Positions 48,792 through 61,498 of a DNA stretch of 64,000 nucleotides are shown piece by piece. The position numbers and the translations under genes are program-made. This DNA is from an uncultured Candidatus Saccharibacteria bacterium. Lineage in GTDB: Bacteria > Patescibacteriota > CAZHWT01. Positions within the stretch are counted from its first letter, which is position 1, and each line of letters opens with the position of its first letter. Below the pieces are notes generated by a model, which was given only the letters and a program-made list of their open reading frames with translations, was not told where the DNA came from and made no database searches. Location of the stretch: NCBI GenBank assembly GCA_964554805.1, contig CAZKPX010000007.1, positions 314-64,313 on the forward strand, in the 5' to 3' direction.

Positions 48792-50288
48792 CTAGTGCCA
48801 TTGTCGACCATCCCGAGCCAGCAACTCATCAGCCTCCGCCGGCCCCCAACTTCCCGCCTCATACAAAAATGGCTCAATATGTTGGTCATCCCATTCACCG
48901 AGCGCCGGACTAATTGACGACCAACTGCCTTCAACCTCGTCGTTGCCTAGGAATAAAGCCTGATCTCCATTAATGGCATCGAGCAAGAGCCGCTCATAGG
49001 CATCAGGACTGTCACCAAAAGCATCTCGATACGAAAATGACATGGTAGTTGGCTGCAGCCTCATAGCCAATCCGGGTTCCTTGACTGACATTCGCAATGA
49101 TATGCCTTCGTCCGGCTGAATCCGTAACCGCAACACATTAGAAGTAACTGTGTGCATAGCCTGACCAAAGATGTTAGCCTCCGACTTGCGATATTCAATT
49201 GATATTTCAGTCACCCGATCAGATAATCGTTTACCTGTTCGAATGTAGAATGGCACATCCTGCCAGCGAGAATTTTGCACCTCTAGCTTCATAGCGACAT
49301 AAGTACCAGTAGTTGAACCGGCTCGCACCTTAGGTTCTTGACGATAAGCAGGCACCACTTGACCTTTAATCAAGCCGGCTCCGTATTGTCCTCGAATCCA
49401 TGGTCGCTGATTGTCTTTGGCCAAACTAAGTTGATTCAGCACAGCCATTTTTGCCTTCCGAATATCTTGTGCCTTTAGGCTGTCAGGCTGCTCCATAGCC
49501 ACCAGCGCCAGTAGTTGCAAGACATGGTTTTGGGCCACATCCCTCAAAGCCCCCGCCATATCATAGTAGTCACCTCGGTTTTCCACGCCCAGAGTTTCGG
49601 CGACTGTAATCTGAACATTATCTATATAAGCAGTGTTCCAAGTCGGTTCAAACAAATAGTTAGCAAATCGGAAAGCCAGAATATTCTGAACAGATTCTTT
49701 GCCTAAATAGTGGTCAATTCTATAAATATACTCCTCATCAAACACCTCCAAGAGCAAGCTATTCAAAGCGCGAGCTGTTGGCAAGTCATGACCAAACGGT
49801 TTTTCAATAATAATCCTGGGGTTTTGACTATCCTGCTGCAAAGGCCGATGAAGGTTAGCAGATTTAATACGCTGCAGAATTGAACTGTAAGCAGCCGGAG
49901 TAGTGGCCAGATAAAAGAGAACCGTATGATCAAGACCTGTTTGAGCATCCAGGGCTTGTATGGCTTCAGTTAATGTTTCATAACCCGCTTTTTGGTCAAA
50001 GTCGCCCTGAATATAATTAATATGATCAGCAAACTCCTGCCACGACCGATCATCCAGATCGTGTCGATAATGCTCAGCTATAGCCGGACGAATATCTTCC
50101 GCAAAACCACTCGAGCTAAACTCGCGCCGGGCAAAAGCCATGATCTGATAGCTGTCGGGCAACGCCTGGATGCGCGATAAATGATAGAGAGCTGGCAGAA
50201 GTTTTCTCTTAGTCAAATCTCCTGTGGCTCCCATAATCACCATAATAAATGGCTGGCTGGTCAGGTTGCTGGTCAAAGAAGTATCCAT
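48792..50288 (-). CDS. zwf: Glucose-6-phosphate 1-dehydrogenase
   Basis: N-terminal NADP motif [15 protein letters not shown] and active-site signature RIDHYLGKE. Start taken at MDTSLTS. Confidence 0.93.
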   Translation of the reverse strand: MDTSLTSNLTSQPFIMVIMGATGDLTKRKLLPALYHLSRIQALPDSYQIMAFARREFSSSGFAEDIRPAIAEHYRHDLDDRSWQEFADHINYIQGDFDQKAGYETLTEAIQALDAQTGLDHTVLFYLATTPAAYSSILQRIKSANLHRPLQQDSQNPRIIIEKPFGHDLPTARALNSLLLEVFDEEYIYRIDHYLGKESVQNILAFRFANYLFEPTWNTAYIDNVQITVAETLGVENRGDYYDMAGALRDVAQNHVLQLLALVAMEQPDSLKAQDIRKAKMAVLNQLSLAKDNQRPWIRGQYGAGLIKGQVVPAYRQEPKVRAGSTTGTYVAMKLEVQNSRWQDVPFYIRTGKRLSDRVTEISIEYRKSEANIFGQAMHTVTSNVLRLRIQPDEGISLRMSVKEPGLAMRLQPTTMSFSYRDAFGDSPDAYERLLLDAINGDQALFLGNDEVEGSWSSISPALGEWDDQHIEPFLYEAGSWGPAEADELLARDGRQWH

Positions 50289-50390
50289 ATATAAGGTAGT
50301 ATAGCAATCCTGGCTCAATCTGTGTGTTTTTGGAAAGTAGATCCGTACTTCTATACACAACAACCATCTCTTTTGTATAATGTAATATAT

Positions 50391-51494
50391 ATGACCAAAA
50401 CTGCCCGAATTTTGTACTGTCTCAGCTGCCTAGCGCTGGTTGCCGCCACTTTTGTAGCCCCTCAAATTATCTGGGCTGACAATCCCTCTAGCACCAACTA
50501 TGTTCTGGATAATTATGGCTTTGGCTCTGGCGGAACAGATGCCGATATGAACTCTGGATCTTTTAGATTGTACGGCATTGCCGGAGAGGACAATCTCCTG
50601 AACGCGTCCAGTACCAACTATACCTTTGGTGGTGGCCTTGTCTACAATATGCAGTCACCCATTCCTGATGTACCGAGTCTGGAAAATTTAGCTAATTATT
50701 ACGATCGCTTAAAAGCCACTCTCAATCCCACTTCCGATATTGACTCACATACCTACGCTATGGCCATCAGCAAAGATGACTTTGCTACGATTCACTATCT
50801 GACAGATCAGGGCACTCTCAAATCCAATCTCGAGCCCACCGATTTTCATACTTATGATCAGTGGGGTGGAGAAGATGGAATTTTAGTCAGCGGACTGGAA
50901 GCCAATCAAGACTACAAGCTCAAAGTAGCTGCTATTCAAGGAACCTATACCCAATCAGAGTTTAGCCAGGAAGCTCAAGCCCAAACTGATTTACCCACCC
51001 TAACCTTTAGTGTTGATGGCAATGCCAATATGGGTGTCTGGAATGAAGATAATAACTACAGCTCAACCGCCGTTTCCACACTTACCACCTCAACCAACGC
51101 CTATAACGGCTACAGTGTGTACGCTTTTGCTACCCAGCCTCTGACTCGCCAAAATGGCAACCAGACTATCGCCAATTACAGTGGCAGCTACAGCAGCCCC
51201 GGCTCATGGATGAGCGGACTCGGCTTTGGTTACACTACCAGTGATACATCGGTTGGGGGATCTCCAAAATGGAACTCTGCCACCTGTCCGGCTGATGACG
51301 GCCCTCCTCTTTGTTACGCAGCCTTTAATCAATCAGCACCCGGTGACGTAGTTGTTGATCATCTCGATCCACTCAACGATGGGCCGATTGAAGATCAAGA
51401 ATTTGAAGTAACCTATAAAGTGGTCACCCAATCCAGCCAGCCCGCCGGAACCTACAGCACCTCAATCATCTATACTATCGTGCCTATATATTAA
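50391..51494 (+). CDS. Secreted hypothetical protein (signal peptide, beta-rich)
   Basis: N-terminal signal peptide [29 protein letters not shown]; 367 aa; no recognised domain. Confidence 0.5.
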   Translation: MTKTARILYCLSCLALVAATFVAPQIIWADNPSSTNYVLDNYGFGSGGTDADMNSGSFRLYGIAGEDNLLNASSTNYTFGGGLVYNMQSPIPDVPSLENLANYYDRLKATLNPTSDIDSHTYAMAISKDDFATIHYLTDQGTLKSNLEPTDFHTYDQWGGEDGILVSGLEANQDYKLKVAAIQGTYTQSEFSQEAQAQTDLPTLTFSVDGNANMGVWNEDNNYSSTAVSTLTTSTNAYNGYSVYAFATQPLTRQNGNQTIANYSGSYSSPGSWMSGLGFGYTTSDTSVGGSPKWNSATCPADDGPPLCYAAFNQSAPGDVVVDHLDPLNDGPIEDQEFEVTYKVVTQSSQPAGTYSTSIIYTIVPIY

Positions 51495-51579
51495 GATATG
51501 CCAGAGATGTTGAGTCTATTGCTTGCTTGCTTCTAAAGATGTAAACTAGACAGGTAAGCAATACCGTTACTTTAATGCC

Positions 51580-53634
51580 ATGCTGCCCAGAAAATGTATC
51601 TCTAGCCCAACTTTATTCAAAACTTCCTTCTCGGTAATTGCCGTAGCAGTCCTGGTTCTGGCTGGCTCTTTATTGGCCGCGCCAGATGCCCAAGCCGCTC
51701 CGGGCATTAATCAGACTATCAACTTTCAAGGGAAGCTAGCCAATCCCAATGGCACCAACTTAGCCAATGGCACCTATTCGGTTGTCTTTGCTCTCTACAC
51801 CGCCAGTTCCGGAGGTTCGCCCATTTGGACTGAAACCCAAAATGTCACCACCACTGCAGGCCTATTCAGAATTTCTTTAGGCTCAGTCGATACGTTATCG
51901 GGTGTCAATTTTAATCAAGATAGCCTTTATTTAGGCATGACCGTCGAGTCTGATAGTGAAATGTCACCCCGGCTTCAGTTCAGTGCCGTTCCATACGCCT
52001 TTAATGCCAAGCAAGTCAACGGCTTATCGGTCACCAACAATGGAGGCAACTCATTAAATATCGCCGCCAACAAAGGGTTAACTGTATCCAACACCCTGAC
52101 GCTTACCGGCGTTGACAGTAGTAGTATTAACTTTGGCTCTGGCGGCACTGTTTGTTACACTGATGCGAGCTGTGTGACAGCTGATTCGCTCGATTTCAGC
52201 CACTTGGCTGATTCAATGTCTTTGGATGTCTCGACCTCAATCAACCTCGGATCAAACAATCTCAGTCTTGCAGGCACCGGTCAAGTCAATTTTGCCCATA
52301 CCGGTCTAACAACATTTGCTGGAGACGTTTCGATTGGTACGCACACCGCCACCACCAAACTCGATGTCGACGGTTTGATTCGAGTTCGTAACCCTCAAGG
52401 TGAGACCGCTGCTCCGACCCGCACCAACAATGGCGAGTTTGCCTTTGCCAATGTCAGCTCTGAAGGGCGTCTCTACTTCCGCACCAACGGCGCTGATTAT
52501 TATATCAACAGCTCAGGCACCGGTGACTACTCAGAGTATTTCCTTAAGTCCGATCCGGCTGAGAAATTCCCTGTCGGCATGATCACCAGCCTAGAGGACG
52601 GTCGCCTCCGCAAAACGCAAGCCAATAGCCAGGTCTTAGGTGTTGTATCAGCTTTTGGTACCAGAGGCAATGATAGTCTGGATGGGGAGCGACACCAGGA
52701 CAAGAAGTACGCCAATGTCGGTCTGATGGGTCAATTACCCGTCTTGGTTAGCTCAGAGCAGGGAGCGATACCTGTCGGTCAGAAAATCGGTCATCCTCAG
52801 GCTATTGCCGGTGTAGGCGTTAAGTCTCAATCAGACCAATCCTGGCTGGCTATTGCTATGCAAGCCTTCAACCCCTCCGCTAGTTGTCCAACTGTTTCAT
52901 CAATAGCAGCCATTAATTGGCCCAAAGAAGTCAAAAACCATAATCCTGACAATGTATGTTTCACGCTGCCAAGCGGGACCGTTATTGGTCGAATTATGGC
53001 CTACATCTCGCCTTCAACAGCCAACGGTCAGGCCGCCACCACTCAGGCCCTGGTTACGGCCATGGGGCTCAATGCTGATAATACACAGCTAAGCACTAGT
53101 TTGGATCTGAGTGTCAATGGCACGCTTCGAGCCCAAGGAGGCCTTATCGTTGGTGGCCCAGCCGAATTCCAGGGCCCAGCCATCTTTAAGGCTATAGCTG
53201 AGTTTATTGACACGGTTATATTTAGAAACAATGTTACCTTTGAACGTGACGTGGCTATCGACGGCACGCTGTGGCTAAACAAAGACACTGCTGGCCTAGC
53301 TCGCATCAACCCAGGACAAAAGACCGTTCGAATCACCTTTGATGGTCAATATGAGGACCAACCGGTTGTTAGCACCAGTCTTAACGACACAACCGTAACC
53401 ACCGAAGCCTACCAAGCTTACATCACCTCTGGCTTATGTGATATTGCGAACGGACCAGCAGGTTGTCAAGACAAGCTCCGACAGGCACTGCTAAGCCAGG
53501 ATGTACGATTTATCATTGCTCATCAGGACAATACCGGCTTTACGGTGGAATTAGAAAAACCTACTCAACAGCAACTTACCTTCAGCTGGATAGCCTTGAT
53601 GGTCAAAGATAAAAAGACGGTTACTAACCCGTAG
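51580..53634 (+). CDS. Large secreted hypothetical protein (possible surface fibre/adhesin)
   Basis: Signal peptide, then INFQGKLANPNGTNLANGTYSVVFALYTASSGGSPIWTETQNVTTTAGLFRISLG, a motif pattern seen in many large surface or tail-fibre-like proteins. 684 aa, beta-rich. Confidence 0.5.
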   Translation: MLPRKCISSPTLFKTSFSVIAVAVLVLAGSLLAAPDAQAAPGINQTINFQGKLANPNGTNLANGTYSVVFALYTASSGGSPIWTETQNVTTTAGLFRISLGSVDTLSGVNFNQDSLYLGMTVESDSEMSPRLQFSAVPYAFNAKQVNGLSVTNNGGNSLNIAANKGLTVSNTLTLTGVDSSSINFGSGGTVCYTDASCVTADSLDFSHLADSMSLDVSTSINLGSNNLSLAGTGQVNFAHTGLTTFAGDVSIGTHTATTKLDVDGLIRVRNPQGETAAPTRTNNGEFAFANVSSEGRLYFRTNGADYYINSSGTGDYSEYFLKSDPAEKFPVGMITSLEDGRLRKTQANSQVLGVVSAFGTRGNDSLDGERHQDKKYANVGLMGQLPVLVSSEQGAIPVGQKIGHPQAIAGVGVKSQSDQSWLAIAMQAFNPSASCPTVSSIAAINWPKEVKNHNPDNVCFTLPSGTVIGRIMAYISPSTANGQAATTQALVTAMGLNADNTQLSTSLDLSVNGTLRAQGGLIVGGPAEFQGPAIFKAIAEFIDTVIFRNNVTFERDVAIDGTLWLNKDTAGLARINPGQKTVRITFDGQYEDQPVVSTSLNDTTVTTEAYQAYITSGLCDIANGPAGCQDKLRQALLSQDVRFIIAHQDNTGFTVELEKPTQQQLTFSWIALMVKDKKTVTNP

Positions 53635-53755
53635 AGTATTCTTAGATCGTTCTTATATCAATCAAGCATACTAAGCTTATAAATCCATGGTCTTGCATAG
53701 ACTATCTATTATCAGGTAACATATAAACTAATCAATTAAGGGAGCTATCTTCTAC

Positions 53756-54412
53756 ATGTTTACAACAAAAAATATTATTATTGCTGTTATGGTTGTGGTG
53801 CTATTAGGTTTGGGCGGAACAGCTGCTTACTTCTATATGCAGTATCAACAGAGTCAAGAAAAATTAAACAATCCGGAAAAGGTAGACAAAGAAGAAACGC
53901 AATCGTTGATCGACCGCATGTCCAAGCTAATCACGTTGCCTGAATCCAATCTTGATGAGGGCGAACCAACCTTAGCCACTGTCTTAGACAAAGAAAAACT
54001 CAAAGAGCAGGAATTCTTCGCCAGTGCTGAAAATGGCGACAAGATGCTTATCTATACCAAAGCACAGAAGGCATATCTTTACCGCCCTTCAACCGGCATT
54101 ATTATTAACGTGGCCCCCGTTAACCTAGGTGCTAACTTGCCTACCACGGTTCTACGTAACGGCACAACTTCTACGGCTGTTATCGACAATGCCAAGACAG
54201 AGCTAACCAGCTTGGCCAATATCACTACCAGCGAAAATGCTGCTCGTACCAATTACACGGCAACCATCGTCGTTGATGTAAATGGCAACAAAGCTGAGCA
54301 AGCCAAAGCTATTGCTGATCAGTTAGGCGTTGCCGTCACCAATACCCTCCCTTCTGGCGAATCCAAGCCTGAAGCTGATATTCTAGTCATCGTCGGTACC
54401 GATCAACAGTAA
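53756..54412 (+). CDS. LytR_C (cell-envelope-related transcriptional attenuator C-terminal) domain membrane protein
   Basis: N-terminal TM, then a C-terminal block ATIVVDVNGNKAEQAKAIADQLGVAV...ADILVIVGTD resembling the LytR_C domain. Confidence 0.55.
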   Translation: MFTTKNIIIAVMVVVLLGLGGTAAYFYMQYQQSQEKLNNPEKVDKEETQSLIDRMSKLITLPESNLDEGEPTLATVLDKEKLKEQEFFASAENGDKMLIYTKAQKAYLYRPSTGIIINVAPVNLGANLPTTVLRNGTTSTAVIDNAKTELTSLANITTSENAARTNYTATIVVDVNGNKAEQAKAIADQLGVAVTNTLPSGESKPEADILVIVGTDQQ

Positions 54413-54436
54413 TCAAGACTCCGCTCACATATAAAA

Positions 54437-54466
54437 AATCCCCGCTCAACCGGGGATTTTTTATGC
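54437..54466. terminator. Bidirectional rho-independent terminator
   Basis: AAAAAATCCCCG-CTCAAC-CGGGGATTTTTT. Confidence 0.65.
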
Positions 54467-54477
54467 CCGCAACGCAC

Positions 54478-54600
54478 AGCCACCAAAGATGGCGGATATC
54501 TGTCCTGCAGCCAGGGATTCGAGACACGGATATCGTAAAATGCCAGAATCTAGCTTCCTCTATATCCTATATCCAAATATTCGCCAGCGCCACTGACTCC
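54478..54600. repeat. Intergenic hairpin-containing repeat, family 1, copy R3 (opposite orientation), upstream of the atp cluster
   Basis: CCACCAAAGATGGCGGATATCTGTCC, CCAGGGATTCGAGACACGGATATCGTAAAA ... ATATCC modules shared with R1 and R2. Confidence 0.55.
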
Positions 54601-54627
54601 ATCCCCATCTCCCGCTTGACGCTTGTC

Positions 54628-54636
54628 TGCTATAAT
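54628..54636 (+). promoter_or_regulatory. Extended -10 element TGcTATAAT upstream of the atp cluster
   Basis: TGCTATAAT at 54628-54636. The nearby TTGACG is only 9 bp upstream, so it is not a canonical -35. Confidence 0.3.
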
Positions 54637-54712
54637 CTGTAAACTAATCACTGTAGACAAACTTGTTTTGCCATCATTTTGAAGTCTTCACCTTCATCTA
54701 GGACATCTGCCC

Positions 54713-55567
54713 ATGTTCACCGTTGTAGCCGCTATTGTTTTTATAGTCATCGTTATTATTCTCGTCTCCTTGTACGTAGTTCTTCATCGTCGCGAGCAAA
54801 AACTAGTCAAAGAGCTCAAAGATACCAAGCAAAAAGCTGCTGATGGCGGTTTCTTAGAAAATAGACTCCAAGAAATCCAATCCAGAGCGCTGCAGCAAGA
54901 GCAAAAAATCCTCGAAGATGCTCAGGTTCAAGCTAGTACTGTGGTTACCCAAGCCCAGCAACAAGCCAGCCAAGCAATCGCTGGAGCCCAGGCTCAAGCG
55001 GAGCAGGTGGTCAGTCAAGCGCAGACTCAAGTTCAGCAGTCATTGACCCAAGCTCAACAGCAAGCCACACAGTTAACAACCGCTGCCAGTCAGCAAGCGC
55101 AACAATTAGTTGAGCAAACCGCTACTACCCTCAAAACCATTGAGACCGAATTTCAGCAGAACGAAGAGCAGCAATTAGCGCCGGTTTATGATCAGGCGGC
55201 TCAAAGTGTTACCAATGTCACTAGTCAGCTTGAAGAAAAAACCCAGCAGCTGTTCGACAAGATGCAAACCGAGATGACCGCTCAGATCCAGACTCGCTAT
55301 CAAGAAATGGATAGCAAGATGGAAGGGGAGTGGGCTGCCGCGCGAGCCAACATTGAAGAATACAAAAAGCAGAAGCAAGCAGAAGCTGATCAGTGGAAGG
55401 CTGACTCGGAAAAGCGACTTGAGGACAATATTTTAGAACTACTGTCAGAAACTCTCAAAACCACCATCCATGTTACCCTTACTCCCAAAGAGCACCAAAA
55501 GCTAGTTTTTGATGCTCTGGAACAAGCCAAGGAGAATAATGCCTTTACAGCCGCAGATCCAAAGTGA
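54713..55567 (+). CDS. atpF: F-type ATP synthase subunit b-like (elongated, Gln/Ala-rich coiled coil)
   Basis: Single N-terminal TM helix, then a long predicted coiled coil with low-complexity QAQQQASQ repeats. Position immediately upstream of delta-alpha-gamma-beta-epsilon. At 284 aa it is far longer than typical b subunits. Confidence 0.55.
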   Translation: MFTVVAAIVFIVIVIILVSLYVVLHRREQKLVKELKDTKQKAADGGFLENRLQEIQSRALQQEQKILEDAQVQASTVVTQAQQQASQAIAGAQAQAEQVVSQAQTQVQQSLTQAQQQATQLTTAASQQAQQLVEQTATTLKTIETEFQQNEEQQLAPVYDQAAQSVTNVTSQLEEKTQQLFDKMQTEMTAQIQTRYQEMDSKMEGEWAAARANIEEYKKQKQAEADQWKADSEKRLEDNILELLSETLKTTIHVTLTPKEHQKLVFDALEQAKENNAFTAADPK

Positions 55568-55571
55568 TGTC

Positions 55572-56216
55572 ATGGCATTGATTGCCACCATCCCTACAGT
55601 CAAAGAGGCTGTTTTAACCAAGCAGGGCTTGCGTAGTTTGCGTGATGAAATTCTCTACCGCAATGCCAAGAATCCGCTTAAGGCCAATGACAACGAGCGG
55701 CTGCAGTCGCTTGGGCTAGGGCAGCTTGTCATGGACTGGTTGGTCTCCGAAGGCGGTCGGACTGCGTTTGATGATATTAAAAACTGCGGTCCGGACGCCA
55801 TTCTGCAGGCCTTTGACGCCGGTCTTAAACAGGTTGAATTGGTCCAGCTAACACTGGCCTATGTCGCTTCGGTCGATGATGCTGTACGGTACCATAAATG
55901 GTTTAATCAAGTCTTAAATCGCCCGGTTATGCTTGATTTGCGTCTCAACCCTCAGCTTTTGGCAGGCGTCATGTTTGTTTATCAAAATCATCTCTATGAT
56001 TACAGTCTGCGTCGCCAAATGCCCCAACTCCAACAAGCTCTATTAGAAAACTACAAACAATTCACGGCTAGCCAATCTACGCCTGCAACAAGCGACGAGT
56101 CACAAGCGACGAGTCAATTAACTCAAGATGTAGACAAAAATACAGAAGTCGGTACTAATACTCGTCGCCAGTCGCCAGTCGCCAGTACTCTTCATGACGG
56201 AGCAATTCCGTCATGA
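55572..56216 (+). CDS. atpH: F-type ATP synthase subunit delta (OSCP-like) with repeat-derived C-terminal extension
   Basis: Position between b and alpha; ATG 4 nt after the atpF stop; ATGA overlap with atpA. The C-terminus (...ATSDESQATSQ...RRQSPVAS...) is encoded by a GCGACGRG-type element. Confidence 0.6.
   Translation: MALIATIPTVKEAVLTKQGLRSLRDEILYRNAKNPLKANDNERLQSLGLGQLVMDWLVSEGGRTAFDDIKNCGPDAILQAFDAGLKQVELVQLTLAYVASVDDAVRYHKWFNQVLNRPVMLDLRLNPQLLAGVMFVYQNHLYDYSLRRQMPQLQQALLENYKQFTASQSTPATSDESQATSQLTQDVDKNTEVGTNTRRQSPVASTLHDGAIPS
56088..56188. repeat. GCGACGRG-type inverted-repeat element, copy A (in the atpH 3' coding region)
   Basis: Left end GCGACGAGTCACAAGCGACGAGTC (56092-56115); right end CTCGTCGCCAGTCGCCAGTCGCCAG (56161-56185), the reverse complement of GCGACGRG arrays. 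In frame. Confidence 0.6.
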
Positions 56217-57883
56217 AGAAGACGTACCAAGAGTACATTAACGAAGGTCACGAATCCGGCGCCATTATGTCTGCTCAGGGTTTTACAGCCATCGCTCAAG
56301 GCTTGCCTTCGATTGCAGTCAACGAACTGGTCCAAACCGAATCAGGTGCCCAAGCCATCGTCAACTCCCTGTATGAAGATACAGTTGAACTACTAATGAT
56401 CGACAGAGGCAGTGCCTCAAAAGGTGAGCCACTAGTAGCCATCAATCAGATTTTATCAGTACCATGCGGACCGTCATTAAAAGGTCGCATGATTAGCCCA
56501 TTAGGCGAACCATTGGACGGCAAAGAAGAGTTGACCGATGTCCAAATGATGCCCTTAGAGAATGAAGCCCCGCCAATTTATAAACGATCTAAGATTAGAG
56601 ACCAGCTTATTACCGGCATAATGCTATCAGACCTATTGGTTCCACTGGGACGCGGCCAACGTGAGGTTGTAATGGGAGACGCTAAGAGTGGTAAGACCAG
56701 TTTCTTACTGCCAATCCTGATGCATGCCAAAGAAGAAAATATGGTCGGTGTCTATGTTGGCATTGGTAAAACTCGCTCCGAATTGCGTCGTATCGCCACT
56801 CAATTAATCGACAACAATCCTGGCAGCGATATTGTGGTGGTGGGTACCTCATCATCTGATTCAGTCACCATGCAATACTTAGCTCCTTATGCCGGCATGA
56901 CTATGGCTGAATATTTCCGCGATCAGGGGCAGGACGTTTTCTTAGTTCTAGATGATCTGGGCAATCATGCCAAAGCTTACCGTGAAATCTCACTATTAAA
57001 TAATCGACTGCCTGGTCGAGACTCCTATCCTGGAGATATTTTCTATGCCCACTCTCGATTATTGGAGCGAGGTGGGTGCGTGGTCGGTCCTCAAGGTCAA
57101 CCAAACACCATCACCCTTATGCCAATCATCGAAACTATTGGCGGTGATGTGACTGGCTATGTCCAAACCAACCTCATTTCAATGTCGGATGGACACACCC
57201 TTTTTGATCTCGAAACCTTCTACAAAGGTATTCGCCCAGCTATCAATATTGGTTTGTCAGTCTCTCGTGTTGGTAAGCAGACTCAAACCAAGCTCCAAAA
57301 GTTCGTAGCTAGCGAATTGCGGGTCATGATAGCTCAGTATCAGGATGCCAAAAACTTCGTTCGTTTCGGTGCCGAACTAACTGACAAAACCAAACTGCTC
57401 TTCTTACGAGGCACCATTTTCGACGAACTGATCAAGCAGGACCTCAGCACTCATCTCAAGCGTCATGAGCAGTTACTGGTCATGTTGGCTCTCCTGGATG
57501 GCTTCTATGACCCATTTCCTCTCAAGGAAATACTGCAGGTCCGCAAAAAACTGCTGGAAATCTTTGCTCAGTCTCAATATGAGCAACTGCGCCAAGCCTT
57601 ATTAGACAGTGCTGATCCAGAAGTCCGTCAGCCTCTTTTGGATGCCATTTACAAGGAGGTCGCTCAGGCCTACGGGCTAAAAGATGGCACCGCTTCACCA
57701 GTAGCAGCCTCCACTCAAGCCCAGCTCGGCCGCGGCCAGGACGCCACTACGCCAGAACTAGAAGGTGGAACTAGTACTAGTGCCGACACCATGCAACCAC
57801 AATCACCTTCTAGTTCTAGTTCTAGTTCTAGTCCTAGTCCTAGTCCTAGTCCTAGTTCTAGTTCTGAAGGAGGTACTAAATAA
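56213..57883 (+). CDS. atpA: F-type ATP synthase subunit alpha with Ser/Pro-rich C-terminal extension
   Basis: P-loop GDAKSGKT, alpha-type core (PLGRGQREVVMGD, PGRDSYPGDIFYAHSRLLERG). An extra 50-aa or so low-complexity C-terminal tail is encoded partly by a hexanucleotide repeat. Confidence 0.85.
   Translation: MKKTYQEYINEGHESGAIMSAQGFTAIAQGLPSIAVNELVQTESGAQAIVNSLYEDTVELLMIDRGSASKGEPLVAINQILSVPCGPSLKGRMISPLGEPLDGKEELTDVQMMPLENEAPPIYKRSKIRDQLITGIMLSDLLVPLGRGQREVVMGDAKSGKTSFLLPILMHAKEENMVGVYVGIGKTRSELRRIATQLIDNNPGSDIVVVGTSSSDSVTMQYLAPYAGMTMAEYFRDQGQDVFLVLDDLGNHAKAYREISLLNNRLPGRDSYPGDIFYAHSRLLERGGCVVGPQGQPNTITLMPIIETIGGDVTGYVQTNLISMSDGHTLFDLETFYKGIRPAINIGLSVSRVGKQTQTKLQKFVASELRVMIAQYQDAKNFVRFGAELTDKTKLLFLRGTIFDELIKQDLSTHLKRHEQLLVMLALLDGFYDPFPLKEILQVRKKLLEIFAQSQYEQLRQALLDSADPEVRQPLLDAIYKEVAQAYGLKDGTASPVAASTQAQLGRGQDATTPELEGGTSTSADTMQPQSPSSSSSSSSPSPSPSPSSSSEGGTK
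57809..57862. repeat. Hexanucleotide microsatellite (YCTAGT)x9 inside the atpA C-terminal extension
   Basis: TCTAGT x4, CCTAGT x4, TCTAGT x1 read directly; encodes SSSSSSSSPSPSPSPSSSS. Confidence 0.9.
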
Positions 57884-58794
57884 TGCAAAAACTCAAACAG
57901 ATCGAACAACAGTTATCCGATGTCGGCCTACTCCAAGAGCTAACATCTACCTTCGAATCAATCGCTGCTCAGAATCTGGCCAATACTCGAGACAAAGTTT
58001 TGTCAGCCAGACAATTTCTCGAAGAAGCGCAGCAAATCTACACTGAAGCCCGCGATATCTTCGTCGCCCAACATAAGCTGACCGAGAAAAAGCTGGAGTA
58101 TCACCAGCAGCTTTCGATTCGTCAAGACAACGGCAAGCATCTGTCGATTGTCATCGCCCCGAACACCAAACTCTATGGCGCCTTGCCTGACCAGCTGCTC
58201 AACTCGGTAGTCGAATCGATTCGCAAAGAGCCGCGCGATGTCTTGGTTTTAGGTAAGGTTGGGGTAGAGCATTTTGCTCGTCTCAAGCCTGCTATCCCAT
58301 ATACAACGCTGGATATTGGCAACGAAGATTACTCCATGGAGCAAGTCCGCGCTATTGTGCAATTTGTATCGCAGTATCGCAAGGTTACGGCCTATTACAA
58401 TCACTTCAGAACAATCCTAACCTCGGAGGTTCTCGAAGCTTCACTCAACCTTACCACAGCCCCGAGTGTCCAAACAGACCAGCCTGCAGAGCCAGAAAAA
58501 CCAGCCAAAGGGCTCAACAAGTTTATTGCCAAGCAAGACGCTCTAGTCGAGCCGTCGCTCGAAGAAGTACTCAACTTCTTCGAGACAGTTATCCTCAAAA
58601 CCATTCTGCAGCAAAAAGTCCGCGAATCGCTGCTATCCCGCTATGCGGCCCGTATGGTTGCCATGGATGTAGCCACCGAGAATGCCAAAGAGGAGTCCAA
58701 GCGATTACTCCAAGCCAGACGTCGAGCCAAGCGAGTTAAAGCCAATCAAAAAATGCTCGATAGCTACTCAGGTTTAAGTTTATGGATGAAATAG
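57883..58794 (+). CDS. atpG: F-type ATP synthase subunit gamma
   Basis: Position between alpha and beta; N- and C-terminal helices typical of gamma (C-terminal ...QKMLDSYSGLSLW-like); 303 aa. Confidence 0.75.
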   Translation: MQKLKQIEQQLSDVGLLQELTSTFESIAAQNLANTRDKVLSARQFLEEAQQIYTEARDIFVAQHKLTEKKLEYHQQLSIRQDNGKHLSIVIAPNTKLYGALPDQLLNSVVESIRKEPRDVLVLGKVGVEHFARLKPAIPYTTLDIGNEDYSMEQVRAIVQFVSQYRKVTAYYNHFRTILTSEVLEASLNLTTAPSVQTDQPAEPEKPAKGLNKFIAKQDALVEPSLEEVLNFFETVILKTILQQKVRESLLSRYAARMVAMDVATENAKEESKRLLQARRRAKRVKANQKMLDSYSGLSLWMK

Positions 58795-61159
<2,365 letters not shown>

Positions 61160-61162
<3 letters not shown>

Positions 61163-61420
61163 CCTCACGTCAAACCAACTTTCCATCTACGCATCAGCAA
61201 TCCGGAACGGGTATTCTTTGATGGCAACGCCTATAGTCTGTCATCAAAAAATAACTCCGGCCCTTTCGACATTCTCCCTGATCACGCTCAATTTATATCG
61301 CTCCTCAATCAGGCCGAAGTATCTGTCCATCAAGAAGACGACAAAACCCAAACCTACGCCATCAACCGCGGTCTCATATCAGCCAAGGGCAATATTGTTA
61401 GGGTGTTTGTAGACATCTAG
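61160..61420 (+). CDS. atpC: F-type ATP synthase subunit epsilon
   Basis: 86 aa; the epsilon-like beta-sandwich N-terminus (RISNPERVFFDGNAYSL) follows beta directly; AAGGAG RBS. Confidence 0.75.
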
Positions 61421-61498
61421 TATTGGTAAACTGAGAACAGAGAGCGGAAAGCGGAATAATTATGTTTGCTTGTTGACTATGGCATTACAATATAAGTT

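Noticed and set aside
54616-54621. TTGACG as the -35 box of the atp promoter
   Set aside because: It lies only 9 bp upstream of the TATAAT, outside the 16-18 bp window, so only the extended -10 was reported.
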